From sequence record NC_031107.2: DNA of 64,000 nucleotides; one strand, given 5' to 3'. The stretch's first letter is position 1; each line of letters begins with the position of its first letter. Shown here piece after piece: positions 58,759-64,000 of this stretch. Both the position numbers and the translations under genes were made by a program. Under the pieces are notes generated by a model that was given only the letters and a program-made list of their open reading frames with translations, was not told the origin of the DNA and ran no database searches.

Positions 58759-60127
58759 GCAGTGAGCGAATCAGGAAGTACAACAGCAAGGCATTACGCA
58801 AAGCTGCCAACGCAGACTCGTGACGGATGTGGGTTTCACGGGCAGCCAGTTTCTCAATCCGGGTACGTAACGATAATACGTACGGGTTCGGGGATTTCGA
58901 AGCCTGGTAAAGTGAACGCATTCGCAGGAGAATTGTTCCGGCGTCATTAAAGTTCAATCGACTGCTGACCACCTCATCGAAAGCGTGTGACAAGGTGTCT
59001 TCCATGATGCTGTTGACTTCATCGCGTTTCTTACCAAGCGGCAATCCAGCAATGTAAATCAGCAGTGTCTTTAACGCAGCAGGTGACGCCTTGGGCACCA
59101 TCTCCAACACCACTCGTGCCAACTCCTCTTTGTAGAGGTTGTTGATGTCGTAGGACGCGTCAAACAGGTTTTGCTTGGCGATATCCAGCGCCCCCACTTT
59201 GTCACGAATGATGGACTCGCCATCCAACTCGATACGCGATGACTGCACCACCATACGGCTGTTCTCACGACGTACCCGGTCGAGCACCGCGTAATAGTCC
59301 TTCACGGTTTGCTTGGTACGGGTGTTCAGGTCGGTGATAAAGCGCAACACCAGATCAGGTGTGTCGAAGCGTTTGACCGCATCGTAGTTCGGGTATTCCG
59401 GCGAGCAGAAATATTCCGCACGTTCTTGCATGTGCAGGCCCCAGTTACCCAAACGACGAATATCGAACTTCAACGACAGCATCGAGTACGTCGCTTCGGC
59501 GGCATTCATGTCCACCGGTTTCGGGAAGAAGTGGTAGTAGATACTCGAGTAGAACTTAAACTGGAGCACCACAACCAAATCAACAGCAGCGGCGTGAATC
59601 TCTTTGTCGGTGAACTTCTTCATCATCAGGTGCAGCAGATAGACGATGCAGAGGTTAAACGTGTCCCCGGCGACGTTCCAGTCAGTGTTGATCGCCTCGG
59701 CTTCTTTGATGAGCTCAGCCAGGTAGTCTTCATCGACTTTCAACACTTCATCGAACAGGCGATTACGGTCAGAGTCGTAAAAACGAATCTGGTGAACACC
59801 CAGCAGGTTTGACCCTTTCCATTCGACGTTACCATCACGTCCCATTACCGAAGCCACGTACATGCGAATACGTTGCGCCAGCTTACGGTCAATCACCACG
59901 TTCTTAAACGCGGTATCGAACGCTTTACGCAAACGGTCATTCTTAAGAGCTTCGGTGGCAACCACCATCCCCATCGGGACGTAGCCCCCAAACCCGTAGT
60001 CGTAATACAGTCCCGTGGCGAAAGAACCATCGTCAAAGAACGGGTCACGGCCGTGTCTTTCACGGGCTACTTTTACCTCAGGACTGGTATAAACACCTGA
60101 TGTAAAATCATAAACTAGATCGGACAT
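58751..60127 (-). CDS. Conserved jumbo-phage protein of unknown function
   Basis: 458-aa helical ORF with GAGG RBS. Confidence 0.75.
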   Translation of the reverse strand: MSDLVYDFTSGVYTSPEVKVARERHGRDPFFDDGSFATGLYYDYGFGGYVPMGMVVATEALKNDRLRKAFDTAFKNVVIDRKLAQRIRMYVASVMGRDGNVEWKGSNLLGVHQIRFYDSDRNRLFDEVLKVDEDYLAELIKEAEAINTDWNVAGDTFNLCIVYLLHLMMKKFTDKEIHAAAVDLVVVLQFKFYSSIYYHFFPKPVDMNAAEATYSMLSLKFDIRRLGNWGLHMQERAEYFCSPEYPNYDAVKRFDTPDLVLRFITDLNTRTKQTVKDYYAVLDRVRRENSRMVVQSSRIELDGESIIRDKVGALDIAKQNLFDASYDINNLYKEELARVVLEMVPKASPAALKTLLIYIAGLPLGKKRDEVNSIMEDTLSHAFDEVVSSRLNFNDAGTILLRMRSLYQASKSPNPYVLSLRTRIEKLAARETHIRHESALAALRNALLLYFLIRSLQK

Positions 60128-60155
60128 GGCAATGAACCTCTAAAAAATTACGGAT

Positions 60156-60165
60156 AGATATTATC
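60156..60165 (+). promoter_or_regulatory. Candidate phage promoter motif AGATATTATC (copy 3)
   Basis: In a divergent intergenic region 36 nt upstream of ATG 60202, preceded by AAAAAATTAC. Confidence 0.6.
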
Positions 60166-60201
60166 CTTTTGATAGTAGTATACCTAAAGGAGATTTTTCC
60201 C

Positions 60202-61335
60202 ATGAAGAAATATGAACGTAAAACGACGTGGCACCGTGCGCTACGTACCGAAGCAATCTCACAAGACCAGGATGTGAAGATGTGGGTTCTGCCACACGGG
60301 GTGATTTGCGAACTCACCCGAATCGGTGGACTGCCTATTCTTCGTAACGGCAATTATGATGCCGTAAACTCATTCCTGGCAAAGACGCTTTTAGACGCGG
60401 GTATCGAAAACGAGGTACTGTTTTACACGACCCGCGTTATACCGCAGACCTTATCACGTTGGCTAACGCACTGGCTGTCTACTGACCCCAGTGAATCTGA
60501 TCCAGAACTAAGTTCCGTCACCGTTACCACAATGGGACAATATCCGCAAAAGCCTTTGCCATTTCAGGTTAACGTGGTGGAACCAATTCTGGTTAAAGCT
60601 GGGGCTGTGTTTGATATCATCAAACAGAAATCCCGCAATAACGCCGTGTCCCAATTTATCATTGAGGCAAACGGCGAATATTACCGACTTGAACCGGTAC
60701 GTAACACCACCGGGAAAATCATTGACTGTACAGAGTACGGCTATGTGGTTCGCACACCCACAGGCCACACCTTCCTGGCAACAATGATCTCACGTCGAAT
60801 TCAGTCGCAACTAAAACACCATAACGTGCGACCGGATGATCTTATCGGCACTGAGGTTAAGATCGAATACACAATGTTTACCGAAGGGACTCGACTGTGC
60901 AACTATAAGTCTTCGATAATCTTTCGAAGCTATGCCCTGGATAATCTGGGCGACTCTTACCCTGCGTCATACGATGGCCCCACACCCTTTAAGCCTTTAC
61001 CCGGCGGAAGCAATCCAGCGCTCTTGACTGTAACGCGTTGCGGCCGTGCGGATATCGTGCAAAAGGACGGGGTAATTTATGGTGTGGAGCGGGAGTCCGG
61101 TGAGACTCTCTTTAAATTCGAACCTGGTGTATCCCGCGGTATGTATGCGGCTCAGTTCGAAAATAAAGGGAAGACTGAAACCTGGCGTTTCGTGTCTGAG
61201 TTCGCAGTAGATGCAATAGACCCCACGGCTTTCGTAGAAAGCGTTGCTACCCAAATATTTGGGGCGACGGGCTATAGTCTGCAACGACTTGGGCTGTGTT
61301 ACGCTGAAACCGCACCACAGTCAATGGAAACTTAA
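60202..61335 (+). CDS. Hypothetical protein with degenerate ATP-dependent DNA ligase-like architecture
   Basis: AAGGAG RBS; LPHG..C, LRNGN, EVLFY, YYRLEP and LIGTEVKIEY...T...R segments resemble ligase/OB motifs. Confidence 0.45.
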   Translation: MKKYERKTTWHRALRTEAISQDQDVKMWVLPHGVICELTRIGGLPILRNGNYDAVNSFLAKTLLDAGIENEVLFYTTRVIPQTLSRWLTHWLSTDPSESDPELSSVTVTTMGQYPQKPLPFQVNVVEPILVKAGAVFDIIKQKSRNNAVSQFIIEANGEYYRLEPVRNTTGKIIDCTEYGYVVRTPTGHTFLATMISRRIQSQLKHHNVRPDDLIGTEVKIEYTMFTEGTRLCNYKSSIIFRSYALDNLGDSYPASYDGPTPFKPLPGGSNPALLTVTRCGRADIVQKDGVIYGVERESGETLFKFEPGVSRGMYAAQFENKGKTETWRFVSEFAVDAIDPTAFVESVATQIFGATGYSLQRLGLCYAETAPQSMET

Positions 61336-61345
61336 GGAGCACCCC

Positions 61346-61855
61346 ATGTTTACTGCGCCAACCATGCTCTCTGGTAGCAGCCTGCAGGTAGCGTGCCAAG
61401 ATGCACGACTGATGGCTCTCTGCGACCAGAGCATACTTACTGCGATGATGACCCACAACCCTTTAGGTGACTACGGAAATACCAGCGAGATATTGGCAGT
61501 TGCCGCCGTGCTCCGTCGTATTTACGGTCATTTCACAATCGTGGATCTGTGTGACTTTATCGATAACCACGCAGATTTAGCGAAAGGGTTGGTGGCATTA
61601 ACGCAAGACGGTGTATCAAGCTTTGATAGCGGCATCGGCAATTTCTTGGACATTGGTTCAGGCTTTGACGCGGGAATGATGTTCATCACGCGTGAACGCT
61701 ACGTAGCCGTCTGGGATTTCATGGCGAAGATGGGCGTGCATGTTCCGGCAAAGATCATGCACTACCCAACGCACGACCTGAATATCTTCGGCGAACCGGG
61801 TCTATGGGTAAAACCTGTACACCTGGGACTCGATGGGTTAACCGTCAAGTGCTAA
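61346..61855 (+). CDS. Hypothetical protein
   Basis: AAGGAG RBS before ATG 61346. Confidence 0.75.
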   Translation: MFTAPTMLSGSSLQVACQDARLMALCDQSILTAMMTHNPLGDYGNTSEILAVAAVLRRIYGHFTIVDLCDFIDNHADLAKGLVALTQDGVSSFDSGIGNFLDIGSGFDAGMMFITRERYVAVWDFMAKMGVHVPAKIMHYPTHDLNIFGEPGLWVKPVHLGLDGLTVKC

Positions 61856-61862
61856 CTGTCCG

Positions 61863-61902
61863 GCGCACTCTCTTCGGAGAGTGCGCAATTCTTTTTATTT
61901 TT
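61863..61902 (+). terminator. Intrinsic terminator
   Basis: gcgcactctc-TTCG-gagagtgcgc plus T tract. Confidence 0.85.
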
Positions 61903-61920
61903 TCCTGAAGGATAACGAGT

Positions 61921-62484
61921 ATGTCTGAGAGTATGTTTGTTTTACATCACGATGTGTTTTCCCTTACCTCAACCAGCAACATTGCGTTAGCGGAAAACTG
62001 GCAGGAGGACATCGCTGACCACCTGCGTGATTTAGTCCGGGTTGACAATCAGGATAATCGTTACATCGTCTGGTACCGTTCCAACGACACCCCAGGCTTT
62101 ATCTTCGTCATCGCTCCGGTAGAAGACCGCCATTACATCTACGTCAAAGACAAACTGAACAACGAAACCGGCAAAGGTCTACGTGAGGTGTTGGAGGCAG
62201 AAGGGGATTTGGACAAATACTTCCTGTGCGCCACCACAATGACGCCGGAGGAGTGGGAAGGGGTAACCTTCCATGGCGTAGCATTGGACGTCACAGAACG
62301 CGCTACAAACGATCTAATCAGGGATTTCATCGGCAGTGCCGCTGACGAACTTATTCGTCATCGCGATGGATTGTCTGAAGGTCAGAATGCGGTGTTGTTT
62401 TTAACCGGTAAGTTTACCGAAGACGACATTGCCGAGCTCGAACAATCTGGTTTCGAATTGGGTAATCTGCTGTACAAATTTTAA
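61921..62484 (+). CDS. Hypothetical acidic protein
   Basis: AAGGA RBS, 187 aa. Confidence 0.75.
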   Translation: MSESMFVLHHDVFSLTSTSNIALAENWQEDIADHLRDLVRVDNQDNRYIVWYRSNDTPGFIFVIAPVEDRHYIYVKDKLNNETGKGLREVLEAEGDLDKYFLCATTMTPEEWEGVTFHGVALDVTERATNDLIRDFIGSAADELIRHRDGLSEGQNAVLFLTGKFTEDDIAELEQSGFELGNLLYKF

Positions 62485-62489
62485 CCAAT

Positions 62490-62520
62490 CGGGTACCTTC
62501 GGGTGCCCGTTTATTTTTTT
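62490..62520 (+). terminator. Intrinsic terminator
   Basis: cgggtacc-TTCG-ggtgcccg plus T tract. Confidence 0.85.
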
Positions 62521-62957
62521 GCCCTGCTCACTTTTTGAACAGACTGTGTACACTTTTTAACCAGCGGCGATAAGGGGTCTAAAAAGCTCTCTGAGGGCAT
62601 TTATCTTGACCCGGTACGTTTGGGTGTCTTACCCCCATTTATGGCCTTGTCGTGCCGTACAGGACGTCTGAGCGACATCCCCGACCCGGCGAGCCGACCG
62701 CCGCGACGATCAAAATATCATGTACGCTTCGCGTTGGAAGGGAAGGGGAGAGTGGATCGATTTGTAATTCGCATCTCTGCGAATTACCTTCGAGTGCTTT
62801 TCCTGACTTACTGCCTATCCGGCCCCTAAGGCCGGGATTATTTAAAAATTCCTTTTTAAATTAGTGACTTACGTCACTCACTGGTTTTCAGGTTTTGATC
62901 TTGGGCGGATCGCTTTCATTATACGCGCGTACGCGCACACCCGTATCCTCCAGGATC

Positions 62958-63060
62958 TTTTAAATATATATAAATATAATTATTATATTAATATCTTTAG
63001 ATATTATTAAATATATTAAAATATATAAATATCTTTAGATATAAATAAATATATTTAAAA
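62958..63060. repeat. 103-bp A/T tract with terminal inverted repeat and two internal palindromic direct repeats (origin-like)
   Basis: Only 4 G/C in 103 bp; TTTTAAATATAT (62958-62969) is the exact reverse complement of 63049-63060; AATATCTTTAGATAT at 62990-63004 and 63028-63042. Confidence 0.85.
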
Positions 63061-63129
63061 CGCGTGTGCGAGCGCGCGTGATCCTTATTACGAGATCGTG
63101 ATCGGGAGTGAGGGGTGTACCGGGAGCAA

Positions 63130-64000
63130 TTATTTTTTACAAGGCTACCCAGTAGTGTGACAAGTTGACCCCGATGGCATTACGGGAAAGCCACTCCCGA
63201 CCGAGAATGAGTCTCAGCTCCACGTAGCGTGAATGGGAGTGGCGATTTTTCAACAACGAATTCTTACAGGCTGGTAAGATGGGGAACCCAAGCGACCCGA
63301 GAGTCGTAGGGACTGCTGTGTGTTGGCTCCGCCCCCTGGGAAACCTCGGGGCTATTTTTTTCTCCCCTGCCAACTCGATTACGTCAGCCAGTAGTTATAT
63401 GCGAAATGATTCTCAAGCGTCACTGCACTGAGAAGCTGTCTTGTCTGCGTGTGCAGAGCTCCACCCTGGTCTTCACCAGCCAGGGTGCTTTTTCGAGAAT
63501 TTCCGACCGTGGAAGCCCTCGACAAAGCAAATCGCTCAGCCTAACACTGTCGTTTTGTTTATTATGTTCGGTCAAAGTGTTTCGCGGCACTTCGAACGGG
63601 TGGTTCCGAGCGGGGAAACTTTGAACCACCCACCCATTCAGGTATCTGGCTTTTGCATTCGGCTCAGGGGCCGTAGTGCAGGGCGCTTTCACCGCCACAC
63701 ATGTGCCGGGTACCGTGGCAGCTCCAGATGCGGGGCTTCGAGTATACGCCGTTGAACTTACCTCCGGTAGTCCTCGTTGTTCCTGCTCTGGGGTGCGGCC
63801 AATCCGAATTCGGCGTTGCGTCGATAGGGGTCTGCGTGTAGAACCGTAGACTTGGGGTTACTCCCGAGGGAGGTGATCCAATCTTGGCGGCTCGGGAAGA
63901 CGAGAGGGGTGGGTGTTCTCGCTGTGAAGCGTCGATGCCTGGCTGAATAAAATTTACAAGTTAGCCGTTGGGTATGTTAAACAACCCACGGAGAACTGCG
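63130..64000 (+). ncRNA. Candidate structured non-coding RNA region (unclassified; may run past the window end)
   Basis: No credible ORF; many stems, e.g. 63190-63198/63235-63243, 63331-63352, 63462-63487, 63598-63631, 63965-63991. Confidence 0.35.

Noticed and set aside
63667-63726. tRNA-Ala/tmRNA-like acceptor stem (GGGGCCG...CAGCTCC-A with G3:U70 and a short D-like stem)
   Set aside because: Only 60 nt, with no T-loop (TTCGA), no anticodon arm, no CCA and one stem mismatch; not callable as tRNA or tmRNA. Kept only as part of the structured region.
62620-63755. Short ORFs of 67-104 aa in the terminal region
   Set aside because: No RBS, atypical composition, mutually overlapping, and coincident with palindromes and hairpins.
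1-64000. CRISPR array, tRNA genes, transposases, chimallin or PhuZ genes
   Set aside because: No regularly spaced repeat-spacer array, no canonical cloverleaf with T-loop, and no recognisable motifs for these proteins in this window.

Overview
This window is a 64-kb, roughly 50% GC segment of a phiKZ/SPN3US-like jumbo myophage (Chimalliviridae-type), probably infecting an enterobacterium. It contains no host housekeeping genes, CRISPR array, tRNA or transposase. Recognisable core genes are RNase H, a DEDD exonuclease, a UvsX/RecA recombinase, split virion RNA polymerase subunits (beta N-terminal part, beta C-terminal part, beta' catalytic part, probable fifth subunit), a 2379-aa tail protein with a lytic transglycosylase domain, prohead protease, tail tube, tail sheath, baseplate/neck proteins and large terminase. 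An accessory nucleotide-handling island at about 16-24 kb carries NADAR-like, CYTH, MazG-like and thymidylate synthase genes. The most striking item is a 51-aa ORF missing from the ORF track (22378-22533). It ends in DDGCAGGACKI, a free-standing copy of the redox tail of enterobacterial class Ia ribonucleotide reductase alpha. It lies near an apparently dead paralog of the MazG-like enzyme. The last 1.5 kb is non-coding: a hairpin cluster, a 103-bp almost pure A/T tract bounded by inverted repeats and alternating purine-pyrimidine tracts (origin-like), then a densely structured candidate ncRNA region. Homolog names come from recalled motifs and gene order, not from database searches.
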